From an uncultured Acidobacteriota bacterium (GTDB lineage: Bacteria; Acidobacteriota; Vicinamibacteria; Vicinamibacterales; CAVVIG01), in the NCBI GenBank assembly GCA_963789965.1, contig CAWBMO010000006.1, forward strand, positions 258,651-322,650: a stretch of DNA of 64,000 bases, given 5' to 3'. The notes below the pieces were generated by a model. It worked only from the letters and a program-made list of their open reading frames with translations. It made no database searches and had not been told where the DNA came from. This document shows positions 10,701-22,006 of the stretch, one piece after another. Position 1 is the first letter of the stretch; each line of letters begins with the position of its first letter. Position numbers and translations under genes: made by a program.

Positions 10701-13700
10701 TAGAGCACGCCATCGAAACTCACCAGCATCTGGCTGAACTCGTCGGTCTCGTAAAAGGCCGTCTCGGTCAGTCGATATCGGAACGAGAGGCTGACGGGCG
10801 CCGGAGCGGCGAGGACGAAACTGCGGCGCCAGCCGCCGGACATACCCTGAATGTTCTGACTGTTGATTCCGCCGACGGCGACCTGCAGGCCCCCCCGGTG
10901 AAGCCACCGGTCGCGAGCCGCACGCCGCTGGCGTAGCTGGGCTTGCTGGTGCCCCTGAACACATCATCCAGGTAGGTGAAGCTGTCGGTATCCGTGTTGA
11001 AGTGGGCGTCGATCAGCGTCGAGCCCCCGCCACCACCACCACTGTTCACCGTGAGCGTGCCGGCGGCGCTGGTGGCGCTGCCGACGCTGTTGGAGACGAC
11101 GACGCTGAACTGCGCGCCGCTGTCGGCGACGGCCGTCGGGTTGAGGACGTAGGACGCATTGGTGGCGCCACCGATGGGCGCACCATTGCGCCGCCATTGA
11201 TACGACAAGGGCGCCGTGCCAGTGGCCACAACTGAGAAGTTGGCCGCAGCAGGCGCTGTCACCGTCACGTTGGCCGGCGGCGTCGTGATGCTGGGCGCCA
11301 CCGGCGCACCGTTTACCGTGAGGATGGCGGCTGCACTGGTGACGCTGCCAGCGACATTGGAGACGACCACGTCGAACGATGATCCGTTGTCGGCGCCGGA
11401 CGTCGGGTTGAGGACGTAGCTGGCGCTGGTGGCGCCGGCGATTGGCGCGCCGTTGCGCCGCCACTGGTACGACAAGGATGCCGTGCCGGCAGCCACGACG
11501 GAGAAGCTGGCTCCGGTCGGGGCGGTGACCGTCACACTCGCGGGCGGCGTGGTGATGCTGGGCGTCACGTTGACCGTGAGTGTGGCGGCCGCACTGGTCA
11601 CACTGCCGGCGATGTTCGAGACGACGACGTCGAAGGAGGCGCCGCTGTCACTGCCCGCGGTCGGCGTCAGCACGTAGCTGGCGCTGGTCGCGCCCGCGAT
11701 CGGCGCACCATTGCGGCGCCACTGATACGACAACGGTGCGGTGCCGGCGGCGACGACCGAGAAGTTGGCCGCGGCGGGTGCCGTCACCGTCACGTTGGCC
11801 GGCGGCGTCGTGATGCTGGGCAACACGTTGACCGTGAGCGTGGCGGCCGCGCTCGTGACGGTGCCGACGCTATTGGAGACGACGACGTCGAAGGATGCGC
11901 CGCTGTCGCTGCCCGCGGTCGGTGTCAGCACGTAGCTGGCGCTGGTGGCGCCACCAATCGCGATGCCGTTGCGCCGCCACTGGTACGACAAGGGTGCGGT
12001 GCCGGCGGCGACGACGGAGAAGTTGGCCGCGGCGGGGGCCGTGACCGTCACGTTGGCCGGCGGTGTCGTGATGCTGGGCGTCACGTTGACCGTCAGCGTG
12101 GCGGCCGCACTGGTGACGCTGCCGGCGACATTGGACACGACGACGGTGAACTGCGCACCGTTGTCCGTACCGGCCGTCGGATTGAGCACGTAGCTGGCGC
12201 TGGTCGCGCCGCTGATGGCGACGCCGTTGCGGCGCCACTGGTAGGACAGCGGTGCCGTGCCCGCGGCGACGACCGAGAAGCTAGCTGCCGCCGGGGCGGT
12301 AACTGTCACGTTTGCGGGCGGTGTCGTGATGCTCGGGAGCACGTTCACCGTAAGCGTGGCGGACGCGCTGGTGATCGTGCCGGCGACGTTCGTCACGACG
12401 ACGTCGAAGGAGGCACCGCTGTCGGCGCCCGCCGTTGGATTGAGCACATAGCTGGCGCTCGTGGCGCCGGCGATCGGCGCGCCGTTGCGGCGCCACTGGT
12501 ACGACAACGGCGCCGTGCCCGTGGCGACGACCGAGAAGTTGGCCGCCGCGGGTGCGGTGACCGTCACGTTCGCGGGCGGTGTCGTGATCTGCGGAGGTAT
12601 GAGAATGGCGTCGTTGTCCGTCGCGCTGTTGTTGCTCGAGACAGGGTCGGTGACGCTGGGGGCCTGGATAGTTGCCGTGTTGGTGAGCGTCCCGCTCGCG
12701 CCTGACGCCACAGTGGCGTGGAGCGTGTAAGTGACGCTGCCACCGACCGGCAGGTTCACCGCATCGCTGATGTCGCCCGAGCCGCTCGCGGTGCAACTGG
12801 CCCCGCCCGAGACGGCGCAGGTCCAGGTCGCTGCGGTCAACTTGGAGGAAATAACGTCCGCAACCGTCGCCGATGAAACGTCGTTCGGGCCGAGGTTGCT
12901 GGCTTGAATGCTGTAGGTAATCGACTGTCCGGGGATGACGGACGAAACAGAGTCGCTCTTAGTGATACTCAGATCGGCTACTGCAGGGCTAACGCTGAAC
13001 AGCGTGGTGATTTCCGACGCGCTCAGCGCCCGGTTGTAGATCCGGACGTCGTCCATGTTCCCGTTGAACCGGCGCGTGCCATCGCTCTGTGCACCAATAC
13101 CGACGTTGAGAAGGTTTGCGGCGATGGCCGTGGGGCCGGTTATGGAACCCTCGAAGACGCCGTTGATGTAGATGCGCATCGTGGTGCCGTTATAGGTGGC
13201 CGCCACGTGCATCCATTTCGTTCCACTGAACGGGTAATGAGTCAGAGAGTCCAACCGATACGTATCCCCGAATGAAGCCTGGTTCAACCGCATGAAGACA
13301 GTGCCGGCCGAAGACAGCGACAGCTCGTAGCCGTCGGAGCTCCCTACGATCGCCCTGCCGATCAGATCCTGGCTGGTCTGCGCTCGCGGTTTGATCCACG
13401 CCGAAAGCGTGAGCCCGGTCGTGACGTCGAGACCTGCCTGATCGGACACCCTGGCGTAGCTCGTTGACCCGTTGAAGTCGATGGCCAGTCCGTTGGAGAC
13501 GGGAATCCACGTCGGACTGCCGACAAGGGTGGCATTGTTCCCCCAGCCGGACATATCGCGGGCTTGCGTGCCACCACCCTCGTCCATCTTCCAGTACCCG
13601 ACAAGACCGGGCGTGGTGGTCATGAGTGCGCCCGTCGTAGTCGCCCGCCCAATCGACGCGAGGACGACCAGCCGGCCGGCCCAGCGATCTTTGGTGCTGG

Positions 13701-14815
13701 TGGCGTCGTTCACGCCGCCAGTCAAGACGGTCGCCACGGGTCCGAAGTTGATCGGCCACCGCGGGGATTCCCTGACGAACATGCTCCCGCCGGATTCGGT
13801 GGTGTAGTAGACGCGCAGCGTGTCGGTATCTTCGTTGAGGACGACGATCGGTCGCGTACCGCTGGTGGAAAATGGGTAGATGTTGTCCCACGTGCCACCA
13901 GTGCCGCCAGGCTGCGGATGACGAACGAGCAGGTCGAGTAAGGGTAATTCGCTTGAGGAGTGCCCGACCTTGAGTGAAACGTACAGCGTGCCGTCCGCGG
14001 CAACTGCCAGGTGCATGTGATCGTCGGCCATGCTCATGTTCTCATGGCCCGCCGCCGCCGGCGCTTCATCAGCCGACCACACGGTGGGATCGGCTCCGTC
14101 GACGTGGACTTTGAATCCGAATAGCTGGGTGTTTTCGTTGTACCAGAAGACGCCGATCGTGTTGTTGGGGAGAGCGATGACGGCAGAAATGTCATCGCCG
14201 GTGATGGTCGTGTCTAGGGCGATGGGACCGCTGAACGACCGAATACGGGTAATCGCTGTAGTAGACCTCGATGCTGCGCGTTGGTCTCGGTGGCGAGCCA
14301 CATCCGGCCGGTCGAGTCCACGTCAATCGTGCCGGTTTCGCCCGTGTACACCGATGTCAGAGTCGGTCGCTGGGACCAGAGCTGATACGTGTTGAGGGCG
14401 GGAACGTACTCGATCGACGCCAGCTTCGCGGTCGTGTTGGCGATCAGGATGTGCGTGACATCGCCGATGGTCTTCGCGTCGGCCTGGCCGCTCATCGTCG
14501 ACAGCTGCAGGACGGGAGTCCAGGTATTGTTGGGTTCCAGCCGGTACACCCACTGGCCGGAGCTCATGGCAGCACAGCCCACCAGGTATGGGCGTGGAAC
14601 CAGACTTTCGATTGAGGTTTCTCGCCCGTGGTTTTGTTCGTCGCAATGGAGGGAAGCAGCGTCCACGTCTCTTGGGCGTGGGCAATCTGAACTCCCCCCA
14701 TCCACACGACCAGGGGGAGGAAGAATGTTTGAACGATGAAGAGCAGGCGAGCTCTCCAGGGTGTGCGCGAGGCGCACGTCGACGCGGGGCCAGGCAGGCC
14801 CTCCAATGCGACCAT
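4733..14815 (-). CDS. Giant secreted adhesin-like protein A (~3,360 aa when joined): N-domain, LamG, DUF11-like, 24 Ig-like repeats, 3 DAHF domains
   Basis: Joined from ORFs 14564..14977, 14214..14831, 10768..14301 and 4733..10843 across indels at ~14565, ~14277, ~14240 and ~10890. Colinear with paralog B. LamG motifs LVGYWKMDE and DDVRIYNRALS; ADLSITK...NNSATD (DUF11-like). ATG at 14815 inferred from an upstream sequence matching paralog B. Confidence 0.8.
5270..12590 (-). repeat. Coding tandem repeats of ~258-267 bp (Ig-like units), in blocks of 6, 5 and 13
   Basis: Unit PSITTPPANVTVTAPAAAxFSVVAAGxAPLSYQWRRNG...DSGASFDVVVSN...ATLTVN counted in the translations. Confidence 0.9.
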
Positions 14816-14827
14816 TCCCGCGAAAGA

Positions 14828-14841
14828 GCAACTGGCGTGCC
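14828..14841 (-). promoter_or_regulatory. Putative sigma54 (-24/-12) promoter of protein A
   Basis: Minus strand GGCAC-GCCAG-TTGC (GG-N10-GC), 12 nt before the ATG; same motif at the same distance upstream of paralog B. Confidence 0.65.
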
Positions 14842-14889
14842 CGAAGGCACCTACGATTTCAGTGAGAGTTGCGCGATGCACGGCCGAGA

Positions 14890-14917
14890 ACTCACTCCGC
14901 CGGCAGCCTTTAGTCGG
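14890..14917 (-). promoter_or_regulatory. Conserved 28-bp upstream box, copy 1 (candidate activator site)
   Basis: actcactccgccggcagcctttagtcgg; 26/28 identical to 20701..20728 while flanks diverge. Confidence 0.55.
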
Positions 14918-14978
14918 AACGCGTCGAGGTGGTCCAACGTGGGGCAGACAATTGGCGCCGTGGACGACTGCCTCCACA

Positions 14979-17900
14979 TCAGGGCGTCACCATCACGTCG
15001 TCGATGACCACTTCGACGGTTTCGTCGGAATTGCCCTTCTTATTGAGGTACTCGCCGAGCGCCAGGACGTGGGTGCCGGCCGGGAGCGTACCGAGGCTGA
15101 TCTGAATCTGTTGCCATCCCGTTGTCTGAGTCGAGCCGTTGCCGACAACCTGGAGGATGTAGTCGTTGGGCGATACGCCACGGAGGACGCCGTCCAGGCT
15201 TGCAAGCACCTGACCCCACTCGTCAGCGTCGATATTTACTGTGGTGAGCTTGTACCTGAAGGTAAGGGTCAAGGGCGTCGCGCTTGCGAGGGAGAAGCTG
15301 CGCTGCCAGCCGCCCGACATCTTGGAAATGTTCGAACCGTTAATCCCGCCGACGAGGACGCGGAGGGCGCCACCAGCGAAGCCGCCGCTGGCGATCTGTG
15401 TGCCGCTCTCGTAGTCCGGTTTGGTGGTGGCGCGGAACAGATCATCGGCGTACGCGAAGCCGTCGGTCCCGGCATCGAAGTGGGCGTCAATCAGTGAGGA
15501 ACCACCTCCACCGCTGTTCACCGTGAGCGTGGCCGTCGGGCTGGTGGCGCTGCCGGCGACGTTCGAGACGATGACGTCGAACGTGGCGCCGCTGTCCCCG
15601 ACAGAAGTCGGATCGAGCACGTAAGAGGAAGCGGTGGCGCCGCCGATGGGCGCGCCGTTCCGCCGCCATTGATACGACAAGGGCGCCGTGCCGGCGGCGA
15701 CGACGGAGAAGGACGCCGGCGCCGGGGCGGTGACCGTCGCGTTCGCAGGCGGCGTCGTGATGCTGGGCGGCACGGGCGCGGCGTTCACCGTGAGGATGGC
15801 GGCCGCACTGGTGACATTGCCGACGCTGTTGGAGACGACGACGTCGAACGAGGCGCCGCTGTCTGTCACGGCAGTCGGGTTGAGAACGTAGGACGCGCTG
15901 TTGGCGCCACCGATCGGGGCGCCGTCGCGGCGCCACTGGTACGACAAGGGCGCCGTGCCGGTGGCGACGACGGAGAAGGACGCCGACGCCGGGGCGGTGA
16001 CGGTCAGGTTCGCGGGCGGCGTCGTGATACTGGGCGGCACGGGCGCGCCGTTCACCGTCAGGATGGCCGCCGCGCTGGTGACAGTGCCGACGCTGTTGGA
16101 GACGACGACGTCGAACGATGCGCCGCTGTCAGTAACGGCCGTCGGGTCCAGCACGTAAGACGCGGCGGTGGCGCCGGCAATGGGTGCGCCGCCTCGCCGC
16201 CACTGGTAGGACAAGGGCGCCGTGCCCGCGGCGACCACTGAGAAGGACGCCGCTGTGGGTGCGGTGACCGTCACATTCGCCGGCGGCGTGGTGATGCTGG
16301 GCGCCACGGCAGACGTGCCGGCTGGCAGCTGCACATCGTCTATACGCACCTCGACGGTTTCGTTGGAAGAGCCCTTCTTGTTCAGGTAATCGCCGAGGGC
16401 CAGAACGTGCGTGCCGGCCGACAGCGTGCCGAGGTCGATTTGCACCTGCTGCCATCCCGTTGTGATGATGCCGCTGTTGCCGATTACCTGGACGACGTAA
16501 TCATTCGGCGACACGCCGCGCAGGACGCCGTCGACGCTGACCAGCATCTGACCCCACTCGTCGCTGTCGATATTCCCGGCGATGAGCTGGTACCGGAACG
16601 ACAGAATCAGCGGTGTCGCGCTGGCGAGGGAGAAGCTGCGCTGCCAGCCACCGGACATCTTGGAAACGTTCGATCCGTCAAGCCCGCCGAGGAGGACCTG
16701 GAGCGCGCCGCCAGTGAAGCCGCCGCTGGCGAGCAGCGCGCCGCTTGCGTAGGCCGGTTTCGTGGTGGCGCGGAACAGGTCGTCCGCGTAGGCGAAACCG
16801 TCGGCGCTGCTATCGAAGTGGGCGTCAATCCCTTCGCCACTGTAGACGGTGAGCGTGGCGGCGGCGCTGGTGGCGCTGCCGGCAACATTGGACACGACCA
16901 CGTCAAACGACGACCCGCTGTCGGATACGGCGGTCGGATTGAGCGAATAGGAGGCGCTCGTGGCACCGGCAATAGGTGCGCCGTTGCGGCGCCACTGGTA
17001 CGACAGGGGCGCCGTGCCTCCGGCGACGACCGAGAAGTTGGCGGCGGCCGGGGCCGTGACGGTCACGTTGGCCGGTGGCGTCGAGATGCTGGGCGTCACG
17101 TTCACCGTGAGCGTGGCGGCCGTACTCGTGACACTGCCGGCGCTATTTGAAACGACGACATCGAACTGTGCACCGTTGTCGGTCCCAACGGTTGGGTTGA
17201 GCACGTACGATGCGCTGGTGGCGCCGGCAATGATCACGGTGTTGCGGCGCCACTGATACGACAACGGGGCCGTGCCAGCGACGACGACGGAGAAGGACGC
17301 GGACGCCGGGGCGGTGACCGTCACGTTGGCCGGCGGCGTGGTGATGCTGGGTGCCACGGGCGTCGCGTCGATCAGCAGGACATCGTCGACGAGTACTTCG
17401 GCCGATTCGTCCGGGTACGTTTTCTGGTTGTTGTAAGCGCCGAGGGCCAGATTGTGCGTCCCTGCCGGGAGCGTCCCGAAATTGATCTGTTGCAACTGCC
17501 AGCCTGTCGAGGTGGGTCCGCCGCCGACGACCTGGGCGACGTAATCATCCGGCGCGACTCCGTAGAGGACGCCGTCGAGGCTCACCAGCATCTGGCTGAA
17601 TTCGTCGGGCTCGTAGTCCGGCGTCTCCGTGAGCCGATACAGGAACGAGAGGATGACGGGCGCCGGGGCCACCAGGTCGAAGCTGCGCTGCCAGCCGCCG
17701 GACATGTTGAGAATGTTCTGGCTGTTGATCCCGCCGACGGCGACCTGCAGGGCGCCGCCTGTGAAGCCCCCAGTGGCGATTCGCGCGCCGCTGGCGTAGT
17801 TCGGCTGATTGGTATTCGCGGAACACATCGTCCGCGTAGGCGAAGCTGTCGGTGTCCGTGTCGAAATGGGCGTCGATGAGCGCGACGCCTCCGCCTCCAC

Positions 17901-20637
17901 CCCAACCGTATACGGTGAGAGTGGCGGCCGCGCTGGTGGCGGTGCCGACGCTATTCGAGACGACGACGTCGAACGACGCGCCGCTGTCCGATACGGCAGT
18001 CGGATTGAGAATGTAGCTGGTGCTCGTCGCGCCGGCGATAGGCGCGCCGTTCCGGCGCCACTGGTACGACAAGGGCGCCGTGCCGGCGGCGACGACGGAG
18101 AAGGAAGCTGGCGCCGGCGTGGGGACCGTCTGGTTCGCGGGCGGCGTGGTGATGCTGGGCGGCACCGGTGCGGCGTTCACCGTGAGTGTGGCGGCCGAAC
18201 TGGTGAGGCTGCCGGCGCTATTAGAAACGACCACGCTGAACTGGGCCCCGTTGTCTCCGACGGCGGTCGGGTTGAGAACGTACGACGAGCTTGTGGCCCC
18301 ACCAATAGGCGCGCCGTTGCGGCGCCACTGGTACGACAAGGGCGCCGTGCCGGTGGCGACCACCGAGAAGGACGCCGCAGCCGGTGCGGTGACCGTCACA
18401 TTCGCGGGTTGTGTCGTGATCTGCGGAGAAGAAGTTCCCTGAATCGTGTCGGTGTCTGTCGCGCTGTTATTGCCCGCGACGGGATCCATCGCATTTGCGG
18501 CCACAACTGTCGCCGTGTTGACGAGTGTGCCGCTTGCGCTGGAAGCCACCGTCGCCTGGAGCATATAGGACACGCTGCCACCCGCCGGCAGGCTCACCAG
18601 ATTGTCCAGGCTGCCGGATCCGCTCGCCGTGCAAGTCGCCCCGCCTGAGGCCGTACACGTCCAGGTCGCTCCGGTCAGTTTGGAGGACAGGACGTCGGAA
18701 ATCGTCGCCACGACATTGGACGGGCCCAGATTGCTCGCCTGGATACTGTAGGTCGTCTGCTGACCCGGCACGACGGATGAAACGGAGTCGCTCTTGGTGA
18801 TGACAAGATCGGCTTGCGGGACGGTGGCCAGTGCCACAATTTCTGATGCGCTCAATGCCCGCCGGTAGATCCGGACTTCGTCCAGGTGCCCGCGAAACCG
18901 CCGGGCGCCGTCGCTCTGCGCGCCAATACCGAGATTGAGCAGATTGGCGGCGATAGATGAAGGGCCGGAGTTCGATTGTTCCTCGACACCGTTGATATAC
19001 ATGCGCATCGTGGTGCCGTCATAAGTGGCCGCCACATGCATCCACGTATTTCCATTGAATGGGTAGTGAGTCAACGAGTCCAGCCGATACGCATTCCCTG
19101 TCGTCGCCTCGTTCAACTGCATGAAGACAGTGCCGGGGCTCGAGGGCGACAGGCCCAGGGTGTAACCGTCGACGCTTCCGAGGATGGCGCGACTGATGAT
19201 GTCCTGGTTGCCTTGCGCACCCGGTTTGATCCAGGCGCTCAGCGTCAGGCCGGTCGTGGCATCGAGATTTGCCTGATCCGACACGAGGCCGTAGCTCGTG
19301 GAGCCATTGAGATTGATGGCCAGTCCCTTGGCGCCGGGCGTCCATGTTGGACTTCCAACCAGGCTTGCATCGTTACCCCAGCCGGACAGGTCTCTGGCTT
19401 TTGTGCCGCCACCCTCTTCCATCTTCCAATACCCGACCAGATCGGGTGTGGTGGTCAACAGCGAGCTGCCTGTTCCCGAATGCGTCGCGAGGACGACGAG
19501 CCTGCCTGCCCACTGATCTTTTGTGCTGCTGGCGTACTCGAATCCGCCGCTGAATATCGCGGTGCGCGGTCCGAAACTGATCACGGACGCGTCAGACTCC
19601 CTGACCCAGACCGTACCTGCCGAGTCGTGGTAGATAACTCGTAAGGTGTGGGTGTCTTCGTTCAACACCACGATCGGTCGTCGACCACTGCCCGACTCGC
19701 TCCCACCGCTGGAGGGGTCGATGGGGTAGAGGGTGTTGTCCCACGTGCCACCGAAGCCGCCGGGTTGTGGGCGGCGGACGAGCAAGTACAGCGCGGGAAT
19801 CGTGCTCGAGGTGCGATTGGATTTCACGACCGCGTAGAGCGTACCGTCGGAGCCCAGCGCCAGGTTGATGTGATCGTCGGCCATGTGCATGCCGGCGTGG
19901 CCCGCATATGCCGGCTCTTCATCGGCCGACCACTGTTCGGGATCGGTTCCGTCTTCGTGGTACCTGAATCCCCACTTCTGGAGTGCCGCATTTCCCCAGA
20001 AGACGCCGATCGAGTGGTTCGGGAACGCCACGATGGAGTTGACATCGCCGAGGCCGGTTTGGTCCGTCAAAATGGTCGGGCCCGTAAAGGACGAGAACGG
20101 GGGATCGCTGTAATAGACGTAGACCCAGTTGAAGTGATCCGTGGCGAGCCACAGCCTGCCGGTCGAATCCACTTCGAGCGTGCCTGTTTCGCCGGCGAAC
20201 ACCGACGTGGGCGTCGGGTTGCCTGGCCAGAGTTGATACGTGTTGAGGGCCGGCACGTACTCGATGGTGACCACTTGCGCACTGCTGCTGACAATCAGGA
20301 TATGCGTCAGGTCTCCAGAGGCTTTCGCGTCAGCTCTTCCCTTGAGCGTCGACACTTTGAGCACCGGAGTCCATGTGTTGTTGGGTTCGAGGCGGAACAC
20401 CCACTGGCCCGAACTTGGCGTATTGGACGGAAGTATCGCCCACCACGTGTGGCCGTGGAACCATGCCTTCGACTGGACCGTCGTTGACGTATCAGACGAC
20501 GTGGGCAGCGTCGGGAGTGTGGTCCATGTGTCCTGCCCGCTGGCAACCTGGACTCCGGCCATCCATACGCCGAAGGTCAGGAAGAGTGTTTGGAAGACAA
20601 GGAGCAGGCGAGACGTCACCGCTGCGCGCGAGAGCAT
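14979..20637 (-). CDS. Large secreted adhesin-like protein B (~1,890 aa when joined): N-domain, LamG, DUF11-like, 7 Ig-like repeats, 3 DAHF domains
   Basis: ORFs 17545..20637 and 14979..17900 join across one extra base at ~17817 (DDVFR/NTNQPNY). Signal peptide ends VASG-QD. Confidence 0.82.
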
Positions 20638-20649
20638 TCCCGGGAAAGT

Positions 20650-20663
20650 GCAACCGGCATGCC
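20650..20663 (-). promoter_or_regulatory. Putative sigma54 (-24/-12) promoter of protein B
   Basis: Minus strand GGCAT-GCCGG-TTGC, 12 nt before the ATG at 20637. Confidence 0.62.
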
Positions 20664-20700
20664 CGAGAGTGGTGCGTTAAAGGGCCCTGGCGGGTGAGGT

Positions 20701-20748
20701 ACTCACTCCGCCGGCAACCTTTTGTCGGGGCGTCTGCCCGGGGCAGAC
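20701..20748 (-). promoter_or_regulatory. Conserved 28-bp upstream box, copy 2, plus 17-bp palindrome
   Basis: actcactccgccggcaaccttttgtcgg (20701-20728); gtctgccc-g-gggcagac (20732-20748). ggggcagaca also occurs at 14941-14950. Confidence 0.5.
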
Positions 20749-20780
20749 ATTATTAACGGCGATTAATCTAAGACGTTACG

Positions 20781-21686
20781 TTACTCGTTCGGCAGCACGG
20801 GAATCTCCACCAAAGCCACGTCAATGCTCTTGAGCATGGACTTGATCCGCTCCACTGTGTCCAACGATTCCGACGACGACTGGGCGACAGCGACTTTCCT
20901 GTTGCCGCCAGAGTACCGTTCGGTCAACGCCTTTGAAGTCGCTGGGGGCGTGTTGCCCGGGCCCCGACCAGTCGCGGCACTGTCCCTCCCCCGCATCTGA
21001 TCCGTGTCATACCGCACCGGCGGCGCACTCTTCGCGCTCGTCGGCGCAGCCGGCGCCGGCGTCTGGGCCACCTCGCCGATGATGGCTGGGCGCGAGATGG
21101 GCGCATCGATCAGCACCTTCTTCGCCGCGAGCTCCCTAGCCGCGATCTCCTTGGCCAGATGCTCATGGGGATGCCCGTCTCCGTCCTGATCTTGCCGCGT
21201 CATCGTCATCACGGTGAGCAGGTCCGAGATCGTCGCGCCAACGACGGTCCGAAAGCGTTTCTGCTCCTTCTCCAGCTGTTCGACCGCCTGAACCCGCGCG
21301 TGAGCGCGCGCGACGATCTCTTCGGCCTGCGCATGCGCCCGCGCGAGGATGGCCTCCGCTTCAGCGTTGGCACGCTGGAGCGCTTGACCTCCCTGCGGCT
21401 GGGCGGCCAGCACGGCACCTCTTGCCGGCCCTTCATCGCGAAGATAGGCGATCACGACGCCTTCAAGACTGGTCAGCTGGCGTTCCAAAGCCGCGTTCTT
21501 CATCTGCAGCACGCGGTAGTCGGCCGCGACGTCCTCCAGGAGCGTACGCACCTCGTCGCGGTCAAAACCGCGCAGGGCGGTTCGAAAGGTCGCCTGCGGA
21601 AGGTCAGTCGCATTCCGCCTGACCCGCGTCCACTGCTCCTGTGGCACGAGGTCTGTAGGCTGCTCCGGCGTTTGCGCGACTGACAT
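20781..21686 (-). CDS. DivIVA-domain coiled-coil protein
   Basis: TFRTALRGFDRDEVRTLLE DivIVA N-terminal signature, then coiled coil (AEAEAILARAHAQAEEI) and a low-complexity tail. Confidence 0.75.
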   Translation of the reverse strand: MSVAQTPEQPTDLVPQEQWTRVRRNATDLPQATFRTALRGFDRDEVRTLLEDVAADYRVLQMKNAALERQLTSLEGVVIAYLRDEGPARGAVLAAQPQGGQALQRANAEAEAILARAHAQAEEIVARAHARVQAVEQLEKEQKRFRTVVGATISDLLTVMTMTRQDQDGDGHPHEHLAKEIAARELAAKKVLIDAPISRPAIIGEVAQTPAPAAPTSAKSAPPVRYDTDQMRGRDSAATGRGPGNTPPATSKALTERYSGGNRKVAVAQSSSESLDTVERIKSMLKSIDVALVEIPVLPNE

Positions 21687-21966
21687 GACTCAGGTCTCCT
21701 CGCTGATAGCTGGTTGTCCGATTTCGAACCACACAGACGTGTGGCCTCGGGAAGTTAAGAACGATCCGTACCAACGTCCCGAAAACAGGCAACGACGAGG
21801 GGTTGGCCCGGATTCCCCATGGCACAACCGGTCGCGACGGGCCACTGAGGTCGGAAGCCTCCTCTTTGGCAGATAGAAGTCACCTCACTTGTTGAAAAAG
21901 GTGCTCGCCAGGCAGACTTCTGGACGGGCCATACCGGTGAATAGGGACATTGTTGCCAGGAGGAAC

Positions 21967-21980
21967 GGCACGCTCTTGGC
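21967..21980 (+). promoter_or_regulatory. Possible sigma54 promoter for the regulator/glycan operon
   Basis: GGCACGCTCTTGGC (GG-N10-GC) shortly upstream of ATG 22007; imperfect -12 element. Confidence 0.35.
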
Positions 21981-22006
21981 TAGACCTTCGCCCGTAGGAC
22001 CGAACG

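Noticed and set aside
14890..14950. Conserved upstream box as a known riboswitch such as c-di-GMP
   Set aside because: No recognisable aptamer consensus, and it lies upstream of the putative promoter; an Rfam scan would be needed to exclude it fully.
5270..18420. Regular ~260-bp repeats as a CRISPR array or non-coding repeat system
   Set aside because: Units are in-frame Ig-like coding repeats with synonymous variation; no repeat-spacer structure and no cas genes.
5385..18648. Many similar plus-strand ORFs (MAPAMGAPLRRHWYD..., 9155..10606) as a peptide or RiPP precursor family
   Set aside because: They are antisense shadows of the Ig repeats.
4733..20637. PEP-CTERM/exosortase or LPXTG anchoring of the giant proteins
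   Set aside because: C-termini end in DDVLVTN and DDVMVTP with no TM or basic tail; no sortase or exosortase gene in the window.
21820..21836. TGGCACAACCGGTCGC as a sigma54 site
   Set aside because: GG to GC spacing is 11 rather than 10, and there is no TTGC.
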